From an uncultured virus (IMG/VR IMGVR_UViG_3300038825_001395) (taxonomy: Duplodnaviria > Heunggongvirae > Uroviricota > Caudoviricetes), in IMG/VR virus record IMGVR_UViG_3300038825_001395: 64,000 nt of DNA; one strand, written 5' to 3'. How positions within the stretch are numbered: position 1 is the stretch's first letter; each line of letters starts with the position of its first letter. Below are positions 1-10,170 of this stretch, one piece after another. Position numbers and translations under genes: made by a program. The notes under the pieces are model-generated. The model was not told the origin of the DNA. It saw only the letters and a program-made list of their open reading frames with translations, and did no database searches.

Positions 1-43
1 TATCACCCTTACCGGCGTTAGAATATTTTGGTGTTTTACTCAT
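1..43 (-). CDS. N-terminus of a hypothetical protein (MSKTPKYSNAGKGD...), runs off the window edge
   Basis: ATG at 43, open to the edge, 7 nt downstream of a predicted -10 box. Confidence 0.5.
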   Translation of the reverse strand, partial: MSKTPKYSNAGKGD

Positions 44-49
44 TGGTAT

Positions 50-78
50 AATCTACCGTTAATTAATATTAAAGTCAA
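50..78 (-). promoter_or_regulatory. sigma70-type promoter TTGACT-17-TAGATT
   Basis: -35 at 73-78 overlaps the def TGA stop; -10 at 50-55. Confidence 0.7.
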
Positions 79-713
79 GCACTTATTTCCCAACCCTCAC
101 TTAAAAACTTTTGAGCTTTTTTATACTTTAACACTTTAACCGCATCACCTCTTTTAATTGTAACAAGATTATTTCTACCTATTTTCTTTTCAGTTCTGAT
201 AGTAGTATTAACAACTCTATCTAATATTCTCATTCCATTTAGGTGGTCAATTTCATGTTGAACACATACGGATTCAAGAACCCTTAGTTGTGCTTCTTGG
301 TCAGCATCTATGATTGACTCTTCCCAAGTTCCTTTGGTTTTATCTGTTGATTTTAAAGCACCACTAAAATACCAATGGCTTTCTTCTTGTGCTGTAGATA
401 CAACTATGTCTCTGTATCTTTTGGTATGACAACCTTTACCTGGATAGGATAAACAACCCTCGTAAAAAGGTATCTCTACTTCTTTAGATATGATTTCAGG
501 ATTGATAAGAATGAGTGGTTCTCTAACATTAAGAACAGCCACTCTGGCATCAATTCCCACTTGATTAGCCGCCAACCCAATCCCGTCTTTTCTTTTGTTA
601 AGTATCGAAAATAGTTCTGTGGCAATCGTGAGTCCTTCTTCAACTGAAACCTCTTTTAGTCTTTTTTGTATTAGTGGATTATCTTGCTTGTAACAATCAA
701 TTATTGTATTCAA
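75..713 (-). CDS. def: Peptide deformylase
   Basis: Motifs GIGLAANQVG, EGCLS, HEIDHLNG; TTG start with GGAG upstream. Confidence 0.95.
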   Translation of the reverse strand: MNTIIDCYKQDNPLIQKRLKEVSVEEGLTIATELFSILNKRKDGIGLAANQVGIDARVAVLNVREPLILINPEIISKEVEIPFYEGCLSYPGKGCHTKRYRDIVVSTAQEESHWYFSGALKSTDKTKGTWEESIIDADQEAQLRVLESVCVQHEIDHLNGMRILDRVVNTTIRTEKKIGRNNLVTIKRGDAVKVLKYKKAQKFLSEGWEISA

Positions 714-740
714 TATAAAAACTCCGTTTTCGTTGTAAGT

Positions 741-769
741 AATTTACAAAGAAAAAGAGTCAATGTCAA
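741..769 (-). promoter_or_regulatory. sigma70-type promoter TTGACA-17-TAAATT for def
   Basis: -35 at 764-769, -10 at 741-746. Confidence 0.75.
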
Positions 770-936
770 GCAATCTTTTTAAGAATATGAGTTGGAACAA
801 CAAAAATAGTACCGGTCTCACTTTTAACTTTACTAAGTCCGTTACCTTCTTGTTCAATAACAACTTTCTCTTCTCGGTGAAGAGCACCTTTATCATTGTA
901 AAAGTCTTTAATTAATATAGCGTTTTGTTTCTTCAT
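766..936 (-). CDS. Small hypothetical protein, 56 aa (MKKQNAILIKDFYNDKG...), absent from the ORF track
   Basis: Translated by hand; ATGA overlap with the upstream gene's stop; fills the gap exactly. Confidence 0.7.
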   Translation of the reverse strand: MKKQNAILIKDFYNDKGALHREEKVVIEQEGNGLSKVKSETGTIFVVPTHILKKIA

Positions 937-1439
937 TTGTAAAACCTTTCTGCTGAAGGCATATGTCCGTTATATGATAAGTAGCAGTTTGGACATAATA
1001 ACCTTATGTTATCTAGGTGGTTGTTAGTTACATTACCATCAACATAATCTAACCGAAGAGCAACTGATTCTTTGTTCATTACAATCTCGTTGTAACCACA
1101 AGAACTACATTCTTCTTCTACCCACTTTTCTTTTATTAATCTTTTCTTGATGTAGGTTGGTCGCATACGATAAGTCTTAGAGCCATCTAAGATTTCATCA
1201 AGTGGCTTGCTCCACTTACCATATCCTTTCTTTATTCCAACACCTGATTGATTCAGATGTTTTTCAAAGATACCATACAATCTAGCATACTTACGGTAAG
1301 TTAGGTAGTTAACTCCTAACCATCTAGCAGCTGCCATATTTGATTTGGTCTGAGATTGAGCATCTTCAATCATCTTTTTAGTTAAGACTAATCTCTGACC
1401 TTTGATTCGTATAGGTTTTTGAAATCTACGACTTGACAT
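933..1439 (-). CDS. HTH plus degenerate HNH zinc-finger protein
   Basis: AAARWLGVNYLTYRKY HTH-like segment; CSSC...LDYVDGN...NIRLLCPNCY; start reassigned to MSSRRF. Confidence 0.7.
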   Translation of the reverse strand: MSSRRFQKPIRIKGQRLVLTKKMIEDAQSQTKSNMAAARWLGVNYLTYRKYARLYGIFEKHLNQSGVGIKKGYGKWSKPLDEILDGSKTYRMRPTYIKKRLIKEKWVEEECSSCGYNEIVMNKESVALRLDYVDGNVTNNHLDNIRLLCPNCYLSYNGHMPSAERFYK

Positions 1440-1647
1440 ATATCTCATCTCTTGGTTGTAACTGAATTTCTTTTCTTTCAATCAAATCAAAAGCAACACC
1501 ATCTTTTACTTTACGAAAAGACTTAGCTTTATTATCTGGTCTTAATCTAAATACCTCTCCGATATTTACATCACCAAAATAATCTTTATCAAAATCACTA
1601 CCAATGCCTGGTGGATCATATCTATCTTGAGCGTGGTCATTTGCCAT
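1426..1647 (-). CDS. Hypothetical protein
   Basis: 73-aa ORF, GGAG RBS, coupled to neighbours. Confidence 0.7.
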   Translation of the reverse strand: MANDHAQDRYDPPGIGSDFDKDYFGDVNIGEVFRLRPDNKAKSFRKVKDGVAFDLIERKEIQLQPRDEIYVKS

Positions 1648-1859
1648 TATTCTACTCCTGCTGAATCTTCTAGCTCTTTAATTTTAGTAGCAATAAACTC
1701 AAAGTTTTCTTGTATTAAATTAAAAGGAATAGTTTCTTTGTAACTTACCTTAGTAGCAATATTTTTTTCATACAAAGGTTTGTTTAGTTTATCATAAGCA
1801 TCATCCATAGCAGCTCTTATTTTTCTTAGCTCTACTAATGCTTCATTATCTATTTTCAT
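1647..1859 (-). CDS. Hypothetical protein
   Basis: Likely start MKIDNEAL at 1859 after GGAG. Confidence 0.65.
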   Translation of the reverse strand: MKIDNEALVELRKIRAAMDDAYDKLNKPLYEKNIATKVSYKETIPFNLIQENFEFIATKIKELEDSAGVE

Positions 1860-2085
1860 GTTTAACTCCAAAGTTAATTTCTGTTTGTTTTTCATTTCTA
1901 TTTTGGTTTTCGTCATTCCAAGGACCATCTTCCATCTCATCTATGTATTCAAATATAAAATCTGCGATGTCTTCTTTTAACTTAACCAATTCATTGAATG
2001 CTAACTTTCTGACAAAAAATCTTTCTTCTCTATCTACTATGGTTGTCATTAAGTTACTAATATATAGACCTAGTTTGTTTTCCAT
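1846..2085 (-). CDS. Hypothetical protein
   Basis: 79-aa ORF with GAGG RBS. Confidence 0.7.
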   Translation of the reverse strand: MENKLGLYISNLMTTIVDREERFFVRKLAFNELVKLKEDIADFIFEYIDEMEDGPWNDENQNRNEKQTEINFGVKHENR

Positions 2086-2103
2086 TATAACCTCTTATTA
2101 CAC

Positions 2104-3336
2104 TTATAAATATAAATTACTCTTACAAACAACCAACTTATCTTCATATGTTTGTAAAGAATTTATATAAAATTTAAAAATATCTAACTCCATCTCACCG
2201 ACTTCACCACTATCTTGTAGCATCTTTGATAGATTTACTATTATCTGAAAGTTGTTATTGTTTAGTTCTCTACAATCAAACTCAACTAAAATGTCATGAG
2301 ACTTAGTTACATCAGCATTACCATACATTTTTATTTTTTCATCTAAATCAAATTGAGTATTTGGTTGTTCTTCTCTTTGGTATTCAGCTGAATACTTTCC
2401 TATTGAACCGTAGTCAAGATATATTTTACTACACCAAGGTTCTAGCTCATATAGAAGTTGCTTGTTACAATTAGTAGCTTTGAAAGCAATATCATATTTA
2501 GGTGGAACTATTGGTTTAAGATATTCATCATGTTGAACCATATGTCCCCACTTACGAATAAAGTTTCTTGTACTCTTTAGATTTTGAGCCAACCATTCTG
2601 ATGATTCTCTACCTTTCATAAAGACTTGACCTGCTGGATTTCTCATAGCACCATCCTTAAACCTACTACCTCTACAAGTCATATGATATACAAACCCTTG
2701 AAATGTTTGTGTAGTTCTGTAACCAGCCAACTGAAACCTATTGAATATATCAGAGTCCTCTTTGGATTGTGGAGCATACAACGGGTCGTGGCCACCAATC
2801 TTTTGAAAATCTTTCTTATGTATAGCCCACGGAGCAAAGATACCTTGTGTATACTTTTCAGTTCTTTCTTCATTCAACCAACTCAGTAATCCTTGTTCAT
2901 CAAACTCTTCCGGTTCTATACCAAAGTCTAACAATACCTTTTCAGGACCATCGGGATGTAGTGGTGGTTCTATTCTTGTAGCAGATACAACACTACCTTC
3001 GGTTAGCTTATCTAATACTGCTTCATCCATACCAGGACAAGCATACATATCAGCATGATATATCATTACAATATCACTTGTAGCATATTCATTTACTAAT
3101 GTATCGTAAAGTATAGTATGACCTAAACGAGTAGGACCTTCATTACGATGTATCTTTACATTCTTATCTTTTTCAGCAATCTTTTGCATCCACTCCCAAG
3201 TTCCATCGTCTGAAAAATCATCAGCCCAACATATCTCATGTCTGTATCCTAAGTTCTTTCTGATACTATTGTAAGACCACTTTAGGTAACGAAGATTGTT
3301 CCTGCTGGGTTGTATAAAACTTATTACTTTATCCAT
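2104..3336 (-). CDS. Glycosyltransferase family 2
   Basis: ISFIQPSRNN, DDFSDDGT, HADMY, EDSD. Confidence 0.9.
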   Translation of the reverse strand: MDKVISFIQPSRNNLRYLKWSYNSIRKNLGYRHEICWADDFSDDGTWEWMQKIAEKDKNVKIHRNEGPTRLGHTILYDTLVNEYATSDIVMIYHADMYACPGMDEAVLDKLTEGSVVSATRIEPPLHPDGPEKVLLDFGIEPEEFDEQGLLSWLNEERTEKYTQGIFAPWAIHKKDFQKIGGHDPLYAPQSKEDSDIFNRFQLAGYRTTQTFQGFVYHMTCRGSRFKDGAMRNPAGQVFMKGRESSEWLAQNLKSTRNFIRKWGHMVQHDEYLKPIVPPKYDIAFKATNCNKQLLYELEPWCSKIYLDYGSIGKYSAEYQREEQPNTQFDLDEKIKMYGNADVTKSHDILVEFDCRELNNNNFQIIVNLSKMLQDSGEVGEMELDIFKFYINSLQTYEDKLVVCKSNLYL

Positions 3337-4312
3337 TATTTAATTCCTCTAATATATTTGTTATATAAGGTACAAAATTCTTTTCATTGTACATTGATTT
3401 AACATAATTATTTCTAGCCTCTAAACTACATTCTCTGTAAAAATCATAATTATTTGATAGACTATTTGCTGATAGTTTTGCTGAGTGTAAATCCCCATCT
3501 CCAACCGTAAGTTGTGGGTGTAGTTCTTCTTGTGTATCCAATCCCCCATAACCAATACAAGGTATTCCGTGAAATGCACAATTTAATGCGAATGTTCCAG
3601 CAGCATGAGTTGGCATCAAATGAACACCAATATGATATTGACTTAGATTATTCATCCAATCCACCCAAGTCATATAAGGCAAATGATTTATGTCCATTTC
3701 ATCTTCTCTATCTATCTTTCTACCCATTGACGGAGCGACTATTGGCATATCAAACTCCTGTGCTACTATATAAGAATCAAACCCACCATACCACCTAACC
3801 ATATTACCACCAATTATTACAGCATCACTCCACTCACTTCTCGGTTTAATACCTAATCTTTCTGCTAACATTAGCGTTGGCATCTTATGTACAGACTTAT
3901 TTGTAATTCCCTTATAGTAATTTACATCTTTATGATTATGAGCAAACAACATATCAAATTCTGTAAGAGCATTAAACCACCAAATCTGTTGTTCCATGTC
4001 ATAGTCTTGAAAATACCAATGAGGACCCTCTTGCATTGATATGGTTTTTTTACATAGTTTTTTCAAATCACCCAACATATCAAATGTCATCAATTTATCC
4101 ACATTCGTTTTAGGTAGTGTCACTATACCGAAGTCAAAATGATTCTCACCAAAATGCTGTAACACCTGTGGTAATTGAAAGATAGGATAATGTTCGGCAC
4201 CTAAAATATATTTGGTAGATACATCATTCCTCATGTTAGGATTGTCTAATGAAACCTTACCTTGCCAACCACCTTCAGTAAACCAAGCTATTTTGTAATT
4301 TTTTATCCCCAC
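3329..4312 (-). CDS. Putative glycosyltransferase (GT-B-like)
   Basis: C-terminal AAGTFALNCAFHGIPCIG resembles the GT-B donor-binding motif; island context. Confidence 0.55.
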   Translation of the reverse strand: MGIKNYKIAWFTEGGWQGKVSLDNPNMRNDVSTKYILGAEHYPIFQLPQVLQHFGENHFDFGIVTLPKTNVDKLMTFDMLGDLKKLCKKTISMQEGPHWYFQDYDMEQQIWWFNALTEFDMLFAHNHKDVNYYKGITNKSVHKMPTLMLAERLGIKPRSEWSDAVIIGGNMVRWYGGFDSYIVAQEFDMPIVAPSMGRKIDREDEMDINHLPYMTWVDWMNNLSQYHIGVHLMPTHAAGTFALNCAFHGIPCIGYGGLDTQEELHPQLTVGDGDLHSAKLSANSLSNNYDFYRECSLEARNNYVKSMYNEKNFVPYITNILEELNNG

Positions 4313-5205
4313 ACTAATTTCTCCATTTCTTCTTGTGTCATATGTTCTGCACTAGCAGAATTATAAGGTTCTGATAATTTATTATCACCTTTATTTTTTT
4401 CCATTCTAATGTGTATATCATCTCCATAGATAAAGGTGTTTGATATTTCTCTTTCTGATATTAAATCCTCATCTGTTTTCTCACCAGGTCTTTTACCAAC
4501 CACCTCTATGTCATCAGAAATAACTTTAGCTAAATCTAACATATTCACACACTTCATCTTGTAAGATTTCACGAATCCACCACCACTTTCTCTAGTAAAA
4601 TTAATTGTTCTATTAATTAAACTAGCAGCATCCTCTTTTGTGAATATCAATCTATTCATATTTGGATCTGTAAGTTTAAGAGGTTTACCATCTCTCTTTA
4701 ACTTCAACCAAAATGGTAATACTGAACCAGCACTATGTGCCACATTAGCAAATCTAGTTAATGAAAATCTGTTATCATCCGTATTAGTATTCATAAACAC
4801 CCTTTCCATCAAATACTTTGAAGCACCATATACACTCTCTGATAGACAAGCTTTATCCGTACTGATACCAACTGTTATTGGAATGTCATTTATGATACTA
4901 GCTTCTACCACATTTAAACTACCCATCACATTTACATTACATCCGGCAATTGGATTTAGTTCCATCAAATCAATATGTTTCATAGCAGCTGAATGAACTA
5001 CTACATCCGGTTTTACTTCTTTAAACACTCTTAGTAGTAAAGATTTATCTTCTATATTACCTACATAACATTTGACATTTGGATATTCTCTTTTTAAGTT
5101 AGCTATGTTTTCTTCATTTCTACTTATGCTAATATACTCATTATTATTCTGTTTTACAAGAGCTTTACCAACTGTTCCCGTTCCTCCTGTTATTAACACT
5201 TTCAT
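4303..5205 (-). CDS. UDP-GlcNAc 4,6-dehydratase-like (PseB/FlaA1/CapD family)
   Basis: ITGGTGTVG, HSAAMKHI, ISTDKA, YGASK, RPGEK. Confidence 0.85.
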   Translation of the reverse strand: MKVLITGGTGTVGKALVKQNNNEYISISRNEENIANLKREYPNVKCYVGNIEDKSLLLRVFKEVKPDVVVHSAAMKHIDLMELNPIAGCNVNVMGSLNVVEASIINDIPITVGISTDKACLSESVYGASKYLMERVFMNTNTDDNRFSLTRFANVAHSAGSVLPFWLKLKRDGKPLKLTDPNMNRLIFTKEDAASLINRTINFTRESGGGFVKSYKMKCVNMLDLAKVISDDIEVVGKRPGEKTDEDLISEREISNTFIYGDDIHIRMEKNKGDNKLSEPYNSASAEHMTQEEMEKLVWG

Positions 5206-6134
5206 TAATACTCCTCATTTATTAATAAATTTAATTTCTCAAAAAACTCTTTATCTTTCTTAGTCATAAACTTATTTAATTCTATTGATTTCATTTTATA
5301 CTTTTCATAATTCTTGTTTATGTCAATTACCATTTCTTGAAGTTCGTTTGTAGAATGTACAAAGTTCAGGTACTTTTCAGCACCATACCAGTCTATTGTT
5401 TCATAGTCATAAGTTATAATAGGACACTCACAGACAGACATTTCCGTGTATCTATTGTTTATCATACCATGTTCTCTCTGCCCTTTAGCAATTATACCCA
5501 CAGCACACTTAGCAGAGGAATATAACTTACCAATATCTAATGGTGGCAACAAACCTTTTGAGTGTGGGAAATCGTTCCAACCATTTCCATAAACACCAAA
5601 ATCAAAAGATTGTTGTTTAAAAAATATATCTCTTTCTAAACTATATTGTGAGTCAGTCAATCTATTGAAACCCATTCCCAAAAACACACACTCATGGCTA
5701 TACCTACTTTCAAATTGTTTTTCATCTTCTTTTATAGCAGAGTGATAATATTGATAATGTTTTGAAACTATCCCATTTTTCTGAAACTTTTCCAACATAA
5801 TTTTAGAGCCAGTAAATATTTTATCATACCACTTACCTTTATAATCTAAAATAGCATCATAATCCACCAAAACTCCACCAGAGGCATGTAATAATATTTT
5901 CTGACATTTCATTTGTTCTACTATCTTAAATGTCTCCTTGTCTAACATTTCATAATAAACCAAATCAAAGTCCATGTTAAGTATTTGCTCCACATACTCA
6001 TCAGTAGGTAACTGACCATTTAATTGTTCTAATGCATAGACTTCGTGACCATCAGATTCTAGTCTATCTGCTACTGCAATATTCAACTTATAGTTACCCA
6101 TCGGCCAAGGTTGGTGAAAAACTAAAATTCTCAT
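5205..6134 (-). CDS. CgeB-like glycosyltransferase
   Basis: VYGNGW, LYSSAK, INNRYTEMSVCECPIIT. Confidence 0.7.
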   Translation of the reverse strand: MRILVFHQPWPMGNYKLNIAVADRLESDGHEVYALEQLNGQLPTDEYVEQILNMDFDLVYYEMLDKETFKIVEQMKCQKILLHASGGVLVDYDAILDYKGKWYDKIFTGSKIMLEKFQKNGIVSKHYQYYHSAIKEDEKQFESRYSHECVFLGMGFNRLTDSQYSLERDIFFKQQSFDFGVYGNGWNDFPHSKGLLPPLDIGKLYSSAKCAVGIIAKGQREHGMINNRYTEMSVCECPIITYDYETIDWYGAEKYLNFVHSTNELQEMVIDINKNYEKYKMKSIELNKFMTKKDKEFFEKLNLLINEEY

Positions 6135-6799
6135 ATTGCTAAAACCATTTCCATGTGATACGGTTTATAAATACCAACATCAAAATTATTTCTTATTTTT
6201 GATATCCATTCAAAAACAACCTCAAAAGTAACCTCTCTGTAGTCACACGCACTATTACCATTCTTGTCAATCTGTTTTTTTCCAAAAAGATGAGCATCGT
6301 CAATACCAATCACATGATTTTTAATATGATGATTCGATATTACTTCTAATTCTTTTAGTAACGGAACATCAACATCACCGCGTGCATATTTAGATGCACC
6401 AGCGTGGGCGTCTAACCAAAAACAAACTGGCTCATCAATCTCCGAAAGAATCTCTTTTAATTTTACAGATGAATCACCACAAATTAGTTTTAATTTATTA
6501 TCAAAAAAATATTTCTCTTCATTGAATAATAAATCTTTTTTATTTTCATGTGGGTTAAATTTAGAAACATCACAATTGTTACTTTCAAATAAATTGTATC
6601 TGTGACTGGCAACTTGACAAATTTCTTTTCCCAACTCTATCGTATACCATTTATCAAATGGTTTTAAATTACCATAAGTCTCCATAACTCTATGTGGAAT
6701 ACCACCCATGAAAGTACCAGTCTCAACAAAAACTTTTGGTAGTTCTCTATCGTGCTCTTGACAAAGTGACTCATATATTTCTGGTAAAATATAACCCAT
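6131..6799 (-). CDS. SAM-methyltransferase-like protein
   Basis: FVETGTFMG, GDSS, FWLDAH, IDDAH. Confidence 0.6.
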   Translation of the reverse strand: MGYILPEIYESLCQEHDRELPKVFVETGTFMGGIPHRVMETYGNLKPFDKWYTIELGKEICQVASHRYNLFESNNCDVSKFNPHENKKDLLFNEEKYFFDNKLKLICGDSSVKLKEILSEIDEPVCFWLDAHAGASKYARGDVDVPLLKELEVISNHHIKNHVIGIDDAHLFGKKQIDKNGNSACDYREVTFEVVFEWISKIRNNFDVGIYKPYHMEMVLAI

Positions 6800-6808
6800 T
6801 TATCAACC

Positions 6809-7768
6809 TCACGAAAGTAATTTTAAATCATTATCAACCATTTTACCCACCATCTCCTCAAAAGATGTTTTCGGTGACCACCCCAACTCATACTTTGCTT
6901 TTGTTGAATCACCTCTTAATACATCCACCTCAGCAGGTCTTATGAATTTTGAATCTTGTTTTACATATTTACCCCAATCCTTTTCACCGACATGTTGAAA
7001 GGCGATATCTAAAAACTCACCTATAGTGTGGTCAACACCAGTAGCTATAACATAATCAGATGGCCTGTCTTGTTGTAACATCAACCACATTGACTCCACA
7101 TAATCAGGAGAATAACCCCAATCTCGTTTAGAATCTAAGTTCCCCAAACTTATATAATCCTCTATTCCTAATTTAATACGAGCCACACCATCAGTTATTT
7201 TACGAGTTACAAACTCAATACCTCGTCTCTCTGACTCATGGTTAAATAAAATACCACTTACATTAAACATATCATAAGACTCTCTGTAGTTTTTAGTAAT
7301 CCAATGTCCATATAATTTAGCAACCCCATAAGGTGAACGAGGATAAAAAGGCGTAGTTTCTTTTGCTGGATTTTCAACCATACGACCAAACATTTCAGAT
7401 GTTGATGCTTGGTAAAACTTAATCTCTTTACCATATTCTCTTATAGCTTCCAACATTCTTAAAGCACCAAGACCTGTTACATCACCTGTTTGTTCTGGTG
7501 TATTCCAACTCTCACCAACAAATGATTGAGCAGCCAAATGGTATATCTCATCCGGATCACATTCTTTTATACACCTAAACAAAGAGTTTTGGTCTGTTAA
7601 ATCACCATTTAAAAATGTTATTTTTCCCTCTAAGTGTGAGGTGTTTAATCGATTAGGGTAAGAGGTTCGTCTCTCCATACCGAATACCGTGTAACCTTTC
7701 TCTAATAAGAAATCAGCAAGATGGCTACCGTCCATGCCATTAATACCTGTTATTAATGCTGTATTCAT
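6809..7768 (-). CDS. gmd: GDP-mannose 4,6-dehydratase
   Basis: ALITGINGMDGSHL, LAAQSFV, YPRSPYGVAK, LFNHES, FVTRKIT, RPAEVDVL. Confidence 0.95.
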   Translation of the reverse strand: MNTALITGINGMDGSHLADFLLEKGYTVFGMERRTSYPNRLNTSHLEGKITFLNGDLTDQNSLFRCIKECDPDEIYHLAAQSFVGESWNTPEQTGDVTGLGALRMLEAIREYGKEIKFYQASTSEMFGRMVENPAKETTPFYPRSPYGVAKLYGHWITKNYRESYDMFNVSGILFNHESERRGIEFVTRKITDGVARIKLGIEDYISLGNLDSKRDWGYSPDYVESMWLMLQQDRPSDYVIATGVDHTIGEFLDIAFQHVGEKDWGKYVKQDSKFIRPAEVDVLRGDSTKAKYELGWSPKTSFEEMVGKMVDNDLKLLS

Positions 7769-8811
7769 TTTTTCTCCATTATATTTTTAAAATCTTCATA
7801 TGTATTAAATCTATTTTGTGATTTTCCAAATGTTGATAAATTTACATTAGCCAAATGTTTCAAATTCTCATACCAACCACCTCGTTGGTTTGGTCCTTTT
7901 TCTTGTGTACATATTCTATCACCTTCCATTTGTAAACAATATCTTCTTTTCTTTGGGTGATTTCTATTATGAACTTTCAAAATATTTTTTATAACAAATT
8001 GAACATAGGCATCTCCCATTATTTGTTTACAACTACTCATCATACTAGTATCATCAACCGCATGACCTAAAATACATCTTGGAACATTCACACCATTTTT
8101 TAACAAATCCGAACTCAACACCAAAATAGATCCATCAAATTGAGGTTGTTTTAAAACTCGAACATCCAATTCATCACATCTTTCATTTATCTCATTCATC
8201 TCATCAATAGACATTGAGTATCTAATACTATGTGGTTCTGTAAATGCCTTTTCATTTCTTGTACCATCTGGTAACTCAGTTTCGTAATATTGTTTATCAG
8301 TAAATTCGTTATGCTCTAAAACCTTCCAAGAATCATCCCACATTTTTCTTAATGCAAATGTAACTACATATCTGTATATGTTATTTTGATTAGCATACTC
8401 TTTCAATGAATCTAGTGTACCAAATGTCTCTTTTGGTAACAATGCATCTGACTCACCCCATATTACATAATCATTATCTACACAACCATAATAGTTTAAG
8501 TCTCTTCTATAATCTACCATTGTAATAGGATTGTCATTATCTTCATATATTTTATATGTAACATTACAACCAGTAGACTCAACTGACTTTACTAATTTTA
8601 AAAACTTTTCTATCAAATCACCCTTTGATATTTCTTCTCTATTTATTTTTTCAAAAAACTCAGAAATATTATAGAATAAATCTATCGTAATATTATCTTT
8701 ATTTTCAACCGTATTAACAGCATTAATCAAACTTTGTATATGTTCTTTAACCATATCAATTTCATAGAACATGATATGCGTTCCAATTATATATTTATTA
8801 TGTACTTTCAT
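7765..8811 (-). CDS. Putative glycosyltransferase (GT-A-like)
   Basis: VIWGESDAL DxD-like motif; island context. Confidence 0.5.
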   Translation of the reverse strand: MKVHNKYIIGTHIMFYEIDMVKEHIQSLINAVNTVENKDNITIDLFYNISEFFEKINREEISKGDLIEKFLKLVKSVESTGCNVTYKIYEDNDNPITMVDYRRDLNYYGCVDNDYVIWGESDALLPKETFGTLDSLKEYANQNNIYRYVVTFALRKMWDDSWKVLEHNEFTDKQYYETELPDGTRNEKAFTEPHSIRYSMSIDEMNEINERCDELDVRVLKQPQFDGSILVLSSDLLKNGVNVPRCILGHAVDDTSMMSSCKQIMGDAYVQFVIKNILKVHNRNHPKKRRYCLQMEGDRICTQEKGPNQRGGWYENLKHLANVNLSTFGKSQNRFNTYEDFKNIMEKK

Positions 8812-9434
8812 ATTTTTTTACAGAGTATCCCTTCCCATGTTTCATCTAAATCTTTATTTTTTACAGGTTTTTTTTCATAAAATTCCATTTCTTCCCCAAG
8901 ATATGATATAAATTCTAATTTTCCATCTTTTATAAATTTGTGAACTGCTCGTCTAACACCAAAGTTATCTTCGCTAAGTGTATAATCATCAAACACAAAA
9001 TAACCTCCCATCTTTACATACTTTAAACCATTTGTTATATCAGAGCAACATTCTTCATATCTATGAACACAATCGATAAATATAGCATCTAATTCCGGAA
9101 AGTTCCACTCCGTAGCATAAGCATCTAACGGAATAAACTTAACATTATCTCTATCCTTTAAATAGGTATATGGCGTGTCTCCTATTTTTCCCATTATTCT
9201 AGTGTCGAAATTATTTGGATGTTCGATAAATAAAATATTTTTAAACAAATAACTTAAAATTCTAGTCGTATGACCACCCCAACCAGAAACTTCAGCTATC
9301 GTATTTAAATTTTTATCTATAAAAAAATCTATCAAATCCGATTTAAACTTACTTGTAGTTGTAGCATATGCATCTCTTTTATCTTTAGTATTTTTCATTA
9401 TTTCTTCTTTAGTAATTATCATTTTATTTTCCAT
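8808..9434 (-). CDS. Class I SAM-dependent methyltransferase
   Basis: AIFIDCVHRYE, GGYFVFDDY. Confidence 0.75.
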   Translation of the reverse strand: MENKMIITKEEIMKNTKDKRDAYATTTSKFKSDLIDFFIDKNLNTIAEVSGWGGHTTRILSYLFKNILFIEHPNNFDTRIMGKIGDTPYTYLKDRDNVKFIPLDAYATEWNFPELDAIFIDCVHRYEECCSDITNGLKYVKMGGYFVFDDYTLSEDNFGVRRAVHKFIKDGKLEFISYLGEEMEFYEKKPVKNKDLDETWEGILCKKI

Positions 9435-10170
9435 ATAAGTAATTATAAGTTGCTTCCATCCACGCTCTGGGATGTGGTTTTACACCACAGTTAAAATGAT
9501 ATACCCATCCATATTTAGTATGCAACATATCATTTCCCAAGACTTCAAATCTATTCATATCTTGCATATTAAATTCATATGGTAATATCTTTAAATCAAT
9601 ATTATGTTTTTTTAGTAAAAAATTCATCGGTGTTTGATCTGTCCCATTAAATAATTTATTTTGTATTTGTAATAAATTGTCTTTATTATTTAAATAAAAT
9701 TCAATAACAGATTTCAAAAACTCTTTATGTTTTTTATTAAAAATTTGAAAACCACCATTTATATACTCATAGTATGGAAACATTTTATTATCAAAAAAAT
9801 AATGACTATAGTTTTCCATGCTCCTTATAACCCAATCCATACTACCATAGTTATGAACACCAGCGTATTTATGTTCTGTGAGTTCAAAGAAGTTTGGACA
9901 GTTTGGGTGAACTAATGTATCCGCATCTACCATTAAAACTTGGTCATAATCAACACCATCATTTTCTAACATCTCTAAGGCATGATATCTTTGCCAAGTT
10001 ATTTTCATTTCATCATAGTCATAAATTAAATCTTCCATTACAACTAATTTACAATCGTTTATATCACACCAATGTTTCCAACTTTTTACTGATAAGTCGT
10101 ATGCAACTTCAAGTAAACGTTTTTTATCCGTTCCTTTAACTTTTGGTATGAATACTATATTTTTTTTCAT
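9424..10170 (-). CDS. GT-A (GT8-like) glycosyltransferase
   Basis: LMVDADT, YINGG, GTDQTPMN, HFN. Confidence 0.75.
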   Translation of the reverse strand: MKKNIVFIPKVKGTDKKRLLEVAYDLSVKSWKHWCDINDCKLVVMEDLIYDYDEMKITWQRYHALEMLENDGVDYDQVLMVDADTLVHPNCPNFFELTEHKYAGVHNYGSMDWVIRSMENYSHYFFDNKMFPYYEYINGGFQIFNKKHKEFLKSVIEFYLNNKDNLLQIQNKLFNGTDQTPMNFLLKKHNIDLKILPYEFNMQDMNRFEVLGNDMLHTKYGWVYHFNCGVKPHPRAWMEATYNYLYGK

